Source of the DNA: an uncultured Pelagibacteraceae bacterium
Lineage (GTDB): Bacteria; Pseudomonadota; Alphaproteobacteria; Pelagibacterales; Pelagibacteraceae
Assembly (NCBI GenBank): GCA_902577575.1
Contig: CACGZQ010000002.1
Location: forward strand, 16,352 to 80,351
Length of the DNA stretch: 64,000 nucleotides
Direction of reading: 5' to 3'
Shown: positions 10,323 to 19,750 of the stretch, piece by piece
How the letters are laid out: the number at the start of each line of letters is the position of its first letter
Position numbering within the stretch: the stretch's first letter is position 1
The notes under the pieces: model-generated
Told to the model about the DNA's origin: nothing
Seen by the model: only the letters and a program-made list of their open reading frames with translations
Database searches by the model: none
Program-made: the position numbers and the translations under genes

Positions 10323-11486
10323 ATGAAATTAGCAAAAAATTTAGATAGACTTGGAACGGAAACAGCTTTTAGTGTTTTAGCAGAGGCTAAAAAACTTGAG
10401 GCCCAAGGTAAAGAAATGATTCACTTAGGTTTAGGTCAGCCTGATTTTATGACACCTAAACATATTATGGATGCAGCAAAAAAAGCTATAGATGACGGAC
10501 ATCATGGATATGTCTTAGCTAACGGAATTGCTGAATGCAGGCAAGCAGTTTCTAGAAAAATAAAAAAATTATATAAAAAAGAAATTAGTCCAGAGAGGAT
10601 TATGATTATGCCAGGTGGAAAACCTACAATGTATTTTGCAATTCAAATGATTGGAGAGCCTGGCGCAGAGATAGTACATCCAACACCAGGGTTTCCAATT
10701 TATGAGTCAATGATTAATTATACAGGAGCTAAAGCAGTTCCTTATGATTTAACAAAAGAAAAAGATTTAAAATTTGACCCGGAAAAAATTTTATCTTTGA
10801 TAACAGATAAAACTCGTCTAGTTATTTTAATAAATCCAAATAACCCAACAGGAAGTTTTGTAGAAAAACCTGCAATTGACTTTCTAGCTGAAGGCTTAAA
10901 GAAACATCCTCACGTAACTATACTTAGCGATGAAATTTATAGTAGACAAATTTTTGATGGAAAAGAAATGCCAACTTTTTTTAATTACCCAGACTTACAG
11001 AATAGATTAATAGTTTTAGACGGGTGGAGCAAAGCTTACTCAATGACTGGCTGGAGAATGGGTTGGAGCGTGTGGCCAGAAAATTTAATTCCTCACGTAA
11101 CTAAACTAGCAATTAATAGTTTCTCATGCGTAAACGCACCGTCACAGTTCGCAGGTATAGCGGCATTAGATGGACCTGATGATTCTATTCATCATATGAT
11201 GGAAAAATTCGATCAAAGAAGAAAACTAATTCATAAAGGATTGAATGATTTACCTGGTGTAGAATGTAGTATGCCTGGAGGGGCGTTTTATGCTTTTCCA
11301 AATGTAAAGGGAACAGGAATGAGCGGAAGCGAATTTTCAAAAAAATGTATGCATGAAGCTGGTGTGGCAATTGTACCTGGGACGGCTTTTGGTAAAACAT
11401 CAACAGATTATGTTCGTTTTAGCTTCGCTGCATCGAGGGATAACATTCAAAAAGCCCTAGAAAAAATTTCAAAAATGCTTAAGTAG
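10323..11486 (+). CDS. PLP-dependent class I/II aminotransferase
   Basis: GQPDF, NPNNPTG, SDEIY, DGWSKAYSMTGWRMG, GAFYAF. Confidence 0.92.
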   Translation: MKLAKNLDRLGTETAFSVLAEAKKLEAQGKEMIHLGLGQPDFMTPKHIMDAAKKAIDDGHHGYVLANGIAECRQAVSRKIKKLYKKEISPERIMIMPGGKPTMYFAIQMIGEPGAEIVHPTPGFPIYESMINYTGAKAVPYDLTKEKDLKFDPEKILSLITDKTRLVILINPNNPTGSFVEKPAIDFLAEGLKKHPHVTILSDEIYSRQIFDGKEMPTFFNYPDLQNRLIVLDGWSKAYSMTGWRMGWSVWPENLIPHVTKLAINSFSCVNAPSQFAGIAALDGPDDSIHHMMEKFDQRRKLIHKGLNDLPGVECSMPGGAFYAFPNVKGTGMSGSEFSKKCMHEAGVAIVPGTAFGKTSTDYVRFSFAASRDNIQKALEKISKMLK

Positions 11487-11494
11487 GATTGATT

Positions 11495-12991
11495 ATGAGC
11501 TCTTTACAAATGCCAAAAGTTGATGATGTAATAATGTCCAAAAAAGACAAAATAGCATCAGATCTTCGTGAAATTATTAATTCTAAAAATGTTCTTTCAA
11601 ATCCTGATGAATTAAGACCTTTCGAAACCGACGGCTTGACGGCTTACAGACAAATGCCTTTATTAGTGGTTATGCCTGAGACCGTTAAGGAAGTTAGTCA
11701 AACTTTAAAATACTGTAATGAGAATAAAATTAAAGTAGTTCCAAGAGGAGCCGGAACAGGTTTATCCGGCGGTTCGATGCCTTTAGAGGATTGTGTTTTA
11801 ATGGCAATGGGTAAATTTAATAAGATTATTGAAATTGATTATGAAAACAGATGTGTAGTTACTCAACCTTGTGTAACAAATTTAGCAATTACACATGCAG
11901 TTCAAGATAAGGGTTTTTATTATGCCCCAGACCCATCGAGTCAAATTGCTTGTTCAATAGGTGGAAACGTTGCAGAAAATTCTGGTGGTGTTCACTCCCT
12001 AAAGTATGGTGCTACTACGAATAACCTTTTAGGCATCGAAGTAGTCTTAATGGATGGAACTATAACTAAATTTGGTGGTAAAGCCATGGACTCCGAAGGA
12101 TATGATTTCCTTGGCTTGATGACTGGCTCAGAAGGTCTACTTGGTGTAATCACAGAGGTTACTGTTAAAATTTTAAAGTCGCCTGAAGTTGTAAAAGCAG
12201 CTCTAGTGGGCTTTCCTTCAATAGAAGATGCTGGAAACTGTGTTGCAGAAATAATCGCACAAGGATGTATACCGGCTGGGATGGAAATAATGGACAAAGC
12301 TTTAACGAAAGCAACTAACGATTATTCTAAAGCAGGCTACCCAACCGATGCTGAAGCAATGATGATTGTAGAATTTGATGGAACAGAGCATGAAGTTGAA
12401 GCTTACATTCAAAAGACAAAAGAAATTGCCGAAAAAAATAATTCGTCTAGTTTAAAAATAAGCAAATCAAATGAAGAGAGATTAAAATTTTGGGCTGGTA
12501 GGAAAGCAGCTTTCCCAGCTTGTGGAGTTCTAGCACCAGACTATATGTGCATGGATGGTTCAATTCCAAGAGGAAAACTTGCTGAGGTTTTAAATGAAAT
12601 CTCAAGACTATCTAAAAAATATAATTTGCCAGTTGCTAACGCTTTTCATGCAGGTGATGGAAATCTTCATCCTTTAATAATGTTTGACGCTAATGATAAA
12701 GAGTCATTAAGAAAATGTGAAGAATTTGGAGCTGATATTCTTAAGTATTGCGTAAAAGTCGGCGGTGCACTTACTGGTGAGCATGGAGTTGGCATAGAAA
12801 AAAGAGAGTTAATGTGTGAAGCTTTCAATGATAAAGATATCCAACAGCAATTAACTATTAAAGTAGCTTTAGATCCAAACTCTTTATTGAATCCTGGAAA
12901 AGTTTATCCAATACTTAGAAAATGTGCTGAGGAAGGAAGAGTTCATGTCCATGGAGGAAAAACAAAATTCCCAGACATCCCTAGATTTTAA
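11495..12991 (+). CDS. glcD: Glycolate oxidase FAD subunit GlcD
   Basis: PRGAGTGLSGG, YAPDPSSQIACSIGGNVAENSGG, HAGDGNLHP, GEHGVG, LNPGK. ATG at 11495 follows AGGA. Confidence 0.9.
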   Translation: MSSLQMPKVDDVIMSKKDKIASDLREIINSKNVLSNPDELRPFETDGLTAYRQMPLLVVMPETVKEVSQTLKYCNENKIKVVPRGAGTGLSGGSMPLEDCVLMAMGKFNKIIEIDYENRCVVTQPCVTNLAITHAVQDKGFYYAPDPSSQIACSIGGNVAENSGGVHSLKYGATTNNLLGIEVVLMDGTITKFGGKAMDSEGYDFLGLMTGSEGLLGVITEVTVKILKSPEVVKAALVGFPSIEDAGNCVAEIIAQGCIPAGMEIMDKALTKATNDYSKAGYPTDAEAMMIVEFDGTEHEVEAYIQKTKEIAEKNNSSSLKISKSNEERLKFWAGRKAAFPACGVLAPDYMCMDGSIPRGKLAEVLNEISRLSKKYNLPVANAFHAGDGNLHPLIMFDANDKESLRKCEEFGADILKYCVKVGGALTGEHGVGIEKRELMCEAFNDKDIQQQLTIKVALDPNSLLNPGKVYPILRKCAEEGRVHVHGGKTKFPDIPRF

Positions 12992-14204
12992 TCAAAATAT
13001 TTTTAAACCGAGCTCTCGGGAGGAAATAGTTGAGGTAGTAAAAAATTGTTATAGAAAAAATATACCTCTAGAAATTAATGGATTAAAATCAAAAAATAAA
13101 ATCGGAAGAAATTTTCAATCTGAGAAAACTATAGATCTATCAGAATATAAGGGGATAATTGATTACAAGCCTGAGGAGCTTTATATCAAAGTTAAAGCAG
13201 GCACTCCTTTAAGAGAAATAATTGAAGAGCTAGATAAAAATAATCAACAACTAGCTTTTGAACCAAATGATTTTGGTTACCTATTTTCCGGAGAAAGCAA
13301 CAGTGGTTCTATTGGTGGAGTTGTATCATGCAATTTTGCTGGGTCACGAAGATTTAAAGTTGGAAGTGTTCGAGATCACATACTTGGTTTTCAAGGGATT
13401 AATGGAAAAGGTGAAACTATTAAATCAGGAGGAACAGTAGTTAAAAATGTTACTGGTTATGATTTAAGCAAATTGATAGCTGGATCTTTTGGTACGCTTA
13501 CAATATTAACTGAGCTTTCAATAAAAGTATTACCAAAACCAGAAATAAGTAAAACTTTAGTGATTAAGAACCCTCATCTTAAAAAATCATTAGACTTTCT
13601 TGGAAAAGCATTGTCATCTTCTACAGATCCATCTGGCGGTGTATTTTATCCAGACTATTTTGGAAAAAATTTTGTTTTAAATGATCTTACACATGATGGA
13701 GGCCTAACAGCTATTAGAATTGAAGGTCCAATAAATTCTGTAGACCAAAGATTAAACAGATTGTCCAAAGAATTAAGTCTCTTGGATCAGGAGCTTTCTA
13801 TATTAGACCATGAACAAAGTAATATTTTTTGGAGTCGGACAAAAAATTTGGAGGTTTTTAAAAAATTAGAAAGTAATTTATTAAGGATAGTTCTTCCAAT
13901 GAGCGAAACCTTACAGGTCATACAAAAACTTAAAAATTTTGAGATTAAATATTTTATTGATTGGGGAGGTAATCTAATCTGGGCCTCATTTGATCAATTA
14001 AATATCAAAATTTTAAGTGAAATAAAGGATATAGTAAAAAAACATCAAGGTTATACTACTTTAATTAAAGTTGAAGAGGATCTAAAAGCCTCTGCTGATA
14101 TTTTTACAATAGATCCAATTAAGTATAAAATAAGTGAAAAAATTAAAAGGAGTTTTGACCCAAAAAGAATTTTTAACCCAGGAAAAATGTATACAGGAAT
14201 TTAA
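12945..14204 (+). CDS. glcE: Glycolate oxidase FAD-binding subunit GlcE
   Basis: Y.PEEL, GGTVVKNVTGYDLSKL.AGSFGTL, DWGGNLIW, FDPKRIFNPG. Start uncertain (12945 or 12951); overlaps glcD. Confidence 0.88.
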   Translation: MSMEEKQNSQTSLDFNQNIFKPSSREEIVEVVKNCYRKNIPLEINGLKSKNKIGRNFQSEKTIDLSEYKGIIDYKPEELYIKVKAGTPLREIIEELDKNNQQLAFEPNDFGYLFSGESNSGSIGGVVSCNFAGSRRFKVGSVRDHILGFQGINGKGETIKSGGTVVKNVTGYDLSKLIAGSFGTLTILTELSIKVLPKPEISKTLVIKNPHLKKSLDFLGKALSSSTDPSGGVFYPDYFGKNFVLNDLTHDGGLTAIRIEGPINSVDQRLNRLSKELSLLDQELSILDHEQSNIFWSRTKNLEVFKKLESNLLRIVLPMSETLQVIQKLKNFEIKYFIDWGGNLIWASFDQLNIKILSEIKDIVKKHQGYTTLIKVEEDLKASADIFTIDPIKYKISEKIKRSFDPKRIFNPGKMYTGI

Positions 14205-15503
14205 ATGCAGACATCATTTACTGACAAACAACTTCAGAATAAAGATAACAAAACGAGCGAAACAATAATTAGGAAATGTGTTCACTGCGGAATGTGTAAT
14301 GCTACTTGTCCCACTTATCAAATTAATGGAGAGGAACTAGAGGGACCAAGAGGAAGAATATATCTCATTAAAGATATGTTAGAAAACAAAAAACCTGCCA
14401 CAAAAGAAATAGCAAAACATATAGATAGTTGTTTATCTTGTTACTCTTGTATGACTACTTGCCCTTCAGGAGTAAACTACATGCATTTAATTGATCATGG
14501 TAGAAATTACGTTGAAGAAACTTACAGAAGACCTTTTTTGGATAGAGTTTTTAGAAACATACTATCGTTTATACTACCGAGACCAAAAGTATTCTTGCTA
14601 ATGGCTTTATCTTCTAAATTAATAAAACCATTTAGTTTTTTATTTCCAAAATTTATTAGAAACGCATTAAATTTAATGCCAGATAAAATCCCAGGAAAAA
14701 AATTAAAAGATCAAAAAGTTTACGAGGTTAATAAAGGCAAGAAGGTTTCAAGAGTGGCTTTATTAACTGGATGTGTGCAAAGAGTTATTTCTCCTGAAAT
14801 AAATGAGGCTACTATAAGACTTTTAAATAGACACAATGTTGAAGTCGTAGTAATGCCAGACATTAATTGTTGTGGTTCTTTAAACCATCATTTGGGAAAA
14901 CAAAAACTAGCACACGAGTCATTTAAAAATAATATTGAGAGCTGGCACGAAGAGTATCTTAAAAATGGATTGGATGCGATAATAAGTAATACATCTGGAT
15001 GTGGGACAACATTAAAAGACTATGGTCAAATTTTTAAAAACGATAAAGACTTGAAAAAGAAAGCAAAAAAAATTTCAGAATTAACTAAAGATATTACTGA
15101 ATACCTCGACGAAAATTTAAAATTAAACATAAATTTAAATTCAGAAAAAAAATATAGAATAGCGTATCATTCAGCATGTTCGATGCAACACGGGCAAAAA
15201 GTCCATGATCAACCAAAAGATTTAATTTCAAAAACTGGTAACGAAGTACTAGATATTCCAGAAGGACATTTGTGTTGTGGCTCCGCCGGTACTTACAATA
15301 TTTTACATCAAAAGATGGCTAAATCTCTTTTGAAAAATAAAGTAAATAATATTGAAAAAATTTCACCTGATTTTATTTCAACAGGTAATATTGGTTGTAT
15401 GACACAAATATCAGCCGGTACTCGAATACCAATTATCCATACTGTAGAGTTACTTGATTGGTTTACCGGAGGACCCAAGCCTTATAAACTAAATAATTTT
15501 TAA
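14205..15503 (+). CDS. glcF: Glycolate oxidase iron-sulfur subunit GlcF
   Basis: CVHCGMCNATCP, CLSCYSCMTTCP, two CCG domains (CCGS, CCGSAGTYN). Confidence 0.93.
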   Translation: MQTSFTDKQLQNKDNKTSETIIRKCVHCGMCNATCPTYQINGEELEGPRGRIYLIKDMLENKKPATKEIAKHIDSCLSCYSCMTTCPSGVNYMHLIDHGRNYVEETYRRPFLDRVFRNILSFILPRPKVFLLMALSSKLIKPFSFLFPKFIRNALNLMPDKIPGKKLKDQKVYEVNKGKKVSRVALLTGCVQRVISPEINEATIRLLNRHNVEVVVMPDINCCGSLNHHLGKQKLAHESFKNNIESWHEEYLKNGLDAIISNTSGCGTTLKDYGQIFKNDKDLKKKAKKISELTKDITEYLDENLKLNINLNSEKKYRIAYHSACSMQHGQKVHDQPKDLISKTGNEVLDIPEGHLCCGSAGTYNILHQKMAKSLLKNKVNNIEKISPDFISTGNIGCMTQISAGTRIPIIHTVELLDWFTGGPKPYKLNNF

Positions 15504-15504
15504 A

Positions 15505-16461
15505 ATGAAAAAAAAAATTTTTGTTACAAGAAAACTTCTCAAAGAAAATGAGGAGAAACTTAAAGAATTATTTGAAGTTACTTTAAATAAAGACGATAAG
15601 ATTTATAAACCTCAAGAAATAATAGATGGTTCCAAAAATTTTGACGGGATATTAAGTTCTGTTTCTGATCCTATCAGCGCTGATACCATTTCAAAACTTT
15701 CAAGTTCAATAAAAATTATTGCTAACGGTGCAGTTGGTTTTGGAAATATAGATATAAAAGCTGCAAAAGAAAAAGGAATTACTGTTACGAATACACCCAA
15801 TGTACTTACAGATGCTACAGCAGATATTCAGATTTTACTTTTACTAGGTGCTTCTAGAAAAGCTTATGAAGGACGTTTAGCAGCTGAAACTCAAAATTGG
15901 AAATGGTCATGGGATTTCTTGTTAGGAAAACAAATGTCAAATAAAAAACTAGGAATATTAGGAATGGGCAGAATAGGTCGGGCAGTTGCTAAAAGAGCTA
16001 AGGCTTTTAATATGGAAATTCATTATCATAATAGATCTAAACTTTCGCCGGAATTGGAAGATGGAGCAATTTATCATAAAGATTTAAAAAGCCTTTTTAA
16101 ACAAAGTGAATTTTTATCAATCAATTGTCCTGCAACTCCAGAAACAACAAAACTTGTGAATAAAGAAACGCTAAGCTATCTAGAAGAAAATACTGTTATA
16201 GGTAACGCAGCAAGAGGAGATATAGTTGACGATGATGCTATGATCGAAGCATTGAAAAGCGGAAAAGTATTCGCTTACGGTTTAGATGTTTACAATGGTG
16301 AGCCAAAAATTCATCCAGAATATTTGAAGTTAAAAAATATTTTTTTACTTCCACATTTAGGAAGTGCAACAAAAAGAACTAGGTGGGATATGGCGTTTAG
16401 GGCTACAAAAAATTTAGAGGACTTCTTCTCTGGAAAGAAACCACAAGATCAAGTTAATTAG
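15505..16461 (+). CDS. D-2-hydroxyacid dehydrogenase (glyoxylate/hydroxypyruvate reductase-like)
   Basis: TNTPNVLTDATAD, GMGRIG, ARGD, LDVY.GEP, LPHLGSAT. Confidence 0.88.
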   Translation: MKKKIFVTRKLLKENEEKLKELFEVTLNKDDKIYKPQEIIDGSKNFDGILSSVSDPISADTISKLSSSIKIIANGAVGFGNIDIKAAKEKGITVTNTPNVLTDATADIQILLLLGASRKAYEGRLAAETQNWKWSWDFLLGKQMSNKKLGILGMGRIGRAVAKRAKAFNMEIHYHNRSKLSPELEDGAIYHKDLKSLFKQSEFLSINCPATPETTKLVNKETLSYLEENTVIGNAARGDIVDDDAMIEALKSGKVFAYGLDVYNGEPKIHPEYLKLKNIFLLPHLGSATKRTRWDMAFRATKNLEDFFSGKKPQDQVN

Positions 16462-16563
16462 TACACCTGTAGATTGAATCTATTATTTTTACTTTAAAAT
16501 TATTCTAAATATATCGAGACTCTGATTTGAGATTGTGTTTAAATATTTCAGTTAATTAACTAA

Positions 16564-16570
16564 CGGAGGA
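16564..16570 (+). promoter_or_regulatory. Strong Shine-Dalgarno (CGGAGGA) of the TRAP binding protein gene
   Basis: taacggaggacatATG immediately before 16574. Confidence 0.75.
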
Positions 16571-16573
16571 CAT

Positions 16574-17722
16574 ATGTCAAAAATAAAAAAAGGAGTAAAA
16601 ACTCCATCAAGACGTAAGTTCTTTAAAGCAGCAGCAGCTACGGGTGCTGCAGCGGCAGCAACAGTTGCAATGCCTAACGTTGCATTTGGTGCTCCTCAAA
16701 CTTTAAAGATGCAAGCGGCTTGGCCGTCAGGCGCTAACATTTTCTTTGAAATGGCTGGCGACTACGCAAAAATGGTAGGCGACATGTCTGGAGGTGAATT
16801 AAAAATTGATCTTCAGCCAGTTGGAGCTGTAGTAAAGACTTCGGAAATTGGACAAGCAGTAAGTTCAGGTGTACTTGATATGGGACACTGGGTAACAGCT
16901 TACTGGTATGGAAAAAATCCAGCAGCTTCTCTATTCGGTACTGGTCCGTCATACGGAATGTCATCTCAAGAAATTATGGGATGGATAGAGTATGGTGGAG
17001 GTAGAAAACTTTATGACGAAACACTTGCAAAAGTTGGTTTCGATTATATTGGTTTCTTCCATATGCCAATGCCTGCACAGCCTTTTGGATGGTTCAAAAA
17101 GAACGTAACAAAAGTATCTGATGTAAAAGGTATGAAGTACAGAACAGTAGGACTAGCTACTAACGTATTAACAGCAATGGGAATGGTTGTAAGACAATTA
17201 CCAGGAGGTGAAATTCAGCCTGCAATGAAGACAGGTTTGATTGAAGCTGCTGAGTTTAACAACCCAACATCAGACTCTCAATTTGGTATGCAAGACGTTT
17301 CTAAGCATTATCACTTAGGAAGCTTCCACCAATCACAAGAGATGTTTGAAATCCCTGTAAATAAGAAGACATTTAATGGATTATCACCTAAACATCAGGC
17401 TATTCTAAAAAATGCTGCTTATGCTGCGAACAGTGATAACTACTTTAAAGCATTAGTAAGATACTCTGCTGACTTATCTAAATTGATGAACCAGCACAAA
17501 GTAAATGTGTATCAAACGTCAGATGCGATCTTAGCTCAACAGCTAAAAGGTTGGGATAAAGTAATTGGTGATTTCAATAAGAAAGATCCATTCTTTAAAA
17601 AGATTGTAGACTCACAAAAAGCTTATGCTAAGAGAGTTATGAAATACTTACTCATGAACCAACCTAATTACAAGTTGGCTTACGAGAATGAGTTCGGTTC
17701 AATAGCAAAAGTTAAAATTTAA
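16574..17722 (+). CDS. TRAP transporter substrate-binding protein, TakP-like (2-oxo/2-hydroxy acid), Tat signal
   Basis: SRRKFFK twin-arginine motif plus Ala-rich H-region; AYWYGK, AQPFGWF, KYRTVG, AAEFNNP, EMFE. Confidence 0.9.
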   Translation: MSKIKKGVKTPSRRKFFKAAAATGAAAAATVAMPNVAFGAPQTLKMQAAWPSGANIFFEMAGDYAKMVGDMSGGELKIDLQPVGAVVKTSEIGQAVSSGVLDMGHWVTAYWYGKNPAASLFGTGPSYGMSSQEIMGWIEYGGGRKLYDETLAKVGFDYIGFFHMPMPAQPFGWFKKNVTKVSDVKGMKYRTVGLATNVLTAMGMVVRQLPGGEIQPAMKTGLIEAAEFNNPTSDSQFGMQDVSKHYHLGSFHQSQEMFEIPVNKKTFNGLSPKHQAILKNAAYAANSDNYFKALVRYSADLSKLMNQHKVNVYQTSDAILAQQLKGWDKVIGDFNKKDPFFKKIVDSQKAYAKRVMKYLLMNQPNYKLAYENEFGSIAKVKI

Positions 17723-17737
17723 TTATATTTTAAACAT

Positions 17738-17768
17738 AAAAGGGGGCGTATTTGCGCCCCCTTTTTTT
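17738..17768 (+). terminator. Intrinsic terminator after the TRAP SBP gene
   Basis: AAAAGGGGGCG-TATTTG-CGCCCCC-TTTTTTT. Confidence 0.9.
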
Positions 17769-17806
17769 ATGGAAATTACAAAAAAATTAGAATAGTTTAA
17801 AATCTC

Positions 17807-18391
17807 ATGAGAGGATTTATTCACTTTGCAGATACTTTAAGTACTTCCGTAGGGAAGGCATTTTCATGGTGTATCGTAATTTTAATGGGAGGAACTTGTT
17901 ATGAAGTAGTTATGGCATATGCTTTCAATGCTCCTACCTTATGGAATTTCGATTTTAGTTTACAAATGTATGGCGCAATTTTTATGATGGCAGGCGCATA
18001 CACTTTATCTACAGAAGCTCATGTAAGAGGTGATGTAATTTACAGACTTTTTAAACCAAGAACACAAGGTTACATCGATTTAGTTTTATATTTTATTTTT
18101 TTCTTTCCTGGAGTTCTTGCTTTAGCTTTTTATGGTTATGAATATGCTTCGCTTGCTTGGAAGATAAAAGAAACAAGTTGGAATAGTCCAGCTCAAATCC
18201 AAATTTATATGGCGAAATCTTTGATACCTGCAGCAGGAATTTTATTGGTTATCCAGGGTATCAGTGAAGTTTGTAGAGCAATTATTTGTATTAAAACTGG
18301 TCACTGGCCTGCTCGAATGGTAGTAGCAGAGGAAACAGAAAAAATGTTAATGCGAACTTCACAAGACGAGGATCAAAAAGATGTTATTTAG
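17807..18391 (+). CDS. TRAP transporter small permease (DctQ)
   Basis: 4 TM segments, FNAPTLW, AHVRGD; lies between SBP and DctM genes. Confidence 0.9.
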   Translation: MRGFIHFADTLSTSVGKAFSWCIVILMGGTCYEVVMAYAFNAPTLWNFDFSLQMYGAIFMMAGAYTLSTEAHVRGDVIYRLFKPRTQGYIDLVLYFIFFFPGVLALAFYGYEYASLAWKIKETSWNSPAQIQIYMAKSLIPAAGILLVIQGISEVCRAIICIKTGHWPARMVVAEETEKMLMRTSQDEDQKDVI

Positions 18392-19742
18392 TTTAACCAA
18401 TCCAGAAATAGCAATTTTAATGATGTCAATTTTCTTATTTGCTGTACTGCTAGGTTTTCCTATCGCATTTACTTTAATGGCGATGGGAGTTGGTTTTGGT
18501 TATTACGCTTATTTTGATCCCACTAGAATGGAACATCTTTTTGATAATAGAATTTTCCAATTATTTGTTCAGAACACTTATACAGTGATGGATAACACTG
18601 TTTTAACCGCCGTCCCACTCTTTTTATTTATGGGCTACTTAGTTGAGAGAGCCGGAATAGTTTCTAGATTGTTTTTTGCGATCAGACTAGCATCTCATAG
18701 ATTACCAGCTTCTATGGCTGTTGCCGCGCTTGTAACTTGCGCTTTATTTTCAACAGCGACAGGAATTATTGGTGCTGTTGTTACACTAATGGGATTACTT
18801 GCATGGCCTGCAATGATAAGGGCAGGATATGATAAAAAATTTGCCTCAGGAGTAATTTGTTCTGGTGGATGTTTAGGAATTTTGATTCCTCCAAGTATAA
18901 TGTTAATTGTTTACTCAGTTATTGCTCAGCTTTCACCTTTAAGATTGTTTGCAGCAGCAATTTTCCCAGGATTATTATTAGCTGGTCTTTATATAATGTA
19001 CGCAATTACACTTGCTTATTTTAATCCATCAATAGCGCCTAAACCTCCAAAAGAGGATATTCCGCCAAGATCTGAAATTTTAAAAGAGGTTATGGTTTCG
19101 TTCTTACCACTTTTCTCATTAATAATATTAGTACTGGGAACTATTTTAGGAGGACTTGCTACACCTGCAGAGGCTGCAGCAGTAGGAGCCTTTGGTGCAT
19201 TAGTGCTTTCTTATTTTTACAAGACTTTAAAATGGAAAAATTTTAAAGAGTCTGTATTTCTAACGGCAAAGACAACTGCAATGATAATGTGGTTATTCAT
19301 TGGCTCTTGGACTTTCGCATCTGTTTTTTCTTACTTAGGTGGCCATGAAGTTTTTGAGCATTTCTTTAAATCAATGAATTTACAACCATGGCAATTCTTA
19401 GTAATCACACAAATAATTATTTTCTTACTAGGTTGGCCACTGGAGTGGACAGAAATTTTAATTATATTTGTTCCAATATTTTTACCTTTAGTAGCTTTCT
19501 TCGAGGTAAATCCTTATTTTTTCGCAATGCTTATCGCTTTGAATTTACAAACTTCATTTTTAACACCGCCGATGGCAATGTCCGCCTACTATTTAAAAGG
19601 TGTCCAATCTAAAAATGTAGAGTTAATGGAAATATTTAGAGGCATTATGCCTTTCCTAGGTATTGTTATATTTGCTATGTTTTTAATGTATCTATTTCCA
19701 GGAATAGCTCTTTGGTTGCCAGATACATTATTCGCTAATTAA
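18381..19742 (+). CDS. TRAP transporter large permease (DctM)
   Basis: GFPIAF, AVPLFLFMG, LGILIPPSIMLI, ATPAEAAAVG, FLTPP. Confidence 0.93.
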   Translation: MLFSLTNPEIAILMMSIFLFAVLLGFPIAFTLMAMGVGFGYYAYFDPTRMEHLFDNRIFQLFVQNTYTVMDNTVLTAVPLFLFMGYLVERAGIVSRLFFAIRLASHRLPASMAVAALVTCALFSTATGIIGAVVTLMGLLAWPAMIRAGYDKKFASGVICSGGCLGILIPPSIMLIVYSVIAQLSPLRLFAAAIFPGLLLAGLYIMYAITLAYFNPSIAPKPPKEDIPPRSEILKEVMVSFLPLFSLIILVLGTILGGLATPAEAAAVGAFGALVLSYFYKTLKWKNFKESVFLTAKTTAMIMWLFIGSWTFASVFSYLGGHEVFEHFFKSMNLQPWQFLVITQIIIFLLGWPLEWTEILIIFVPIFLPLVAFFEVNPYFFAMLIALNLQTSFLTPPMAMSAYYLKGVQSKNVELMEIFRGIMPFLGIVIFAMFLMYLFPGIALWLPDTLFAN

Positions 19743-19750
19743 CAATTTAA

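Noticed and set aside
16470-16482. Palindrome TAGATT-G-AATCTA upstream of the TRAP SBP gene (also AAAACTAGTTTT at 10280-10291 and GTTAATTAAC at 16551-16560)
   Set aside because: Short AT-rich palindromes are expected by chance; no shared motif and no regulator gene in the window
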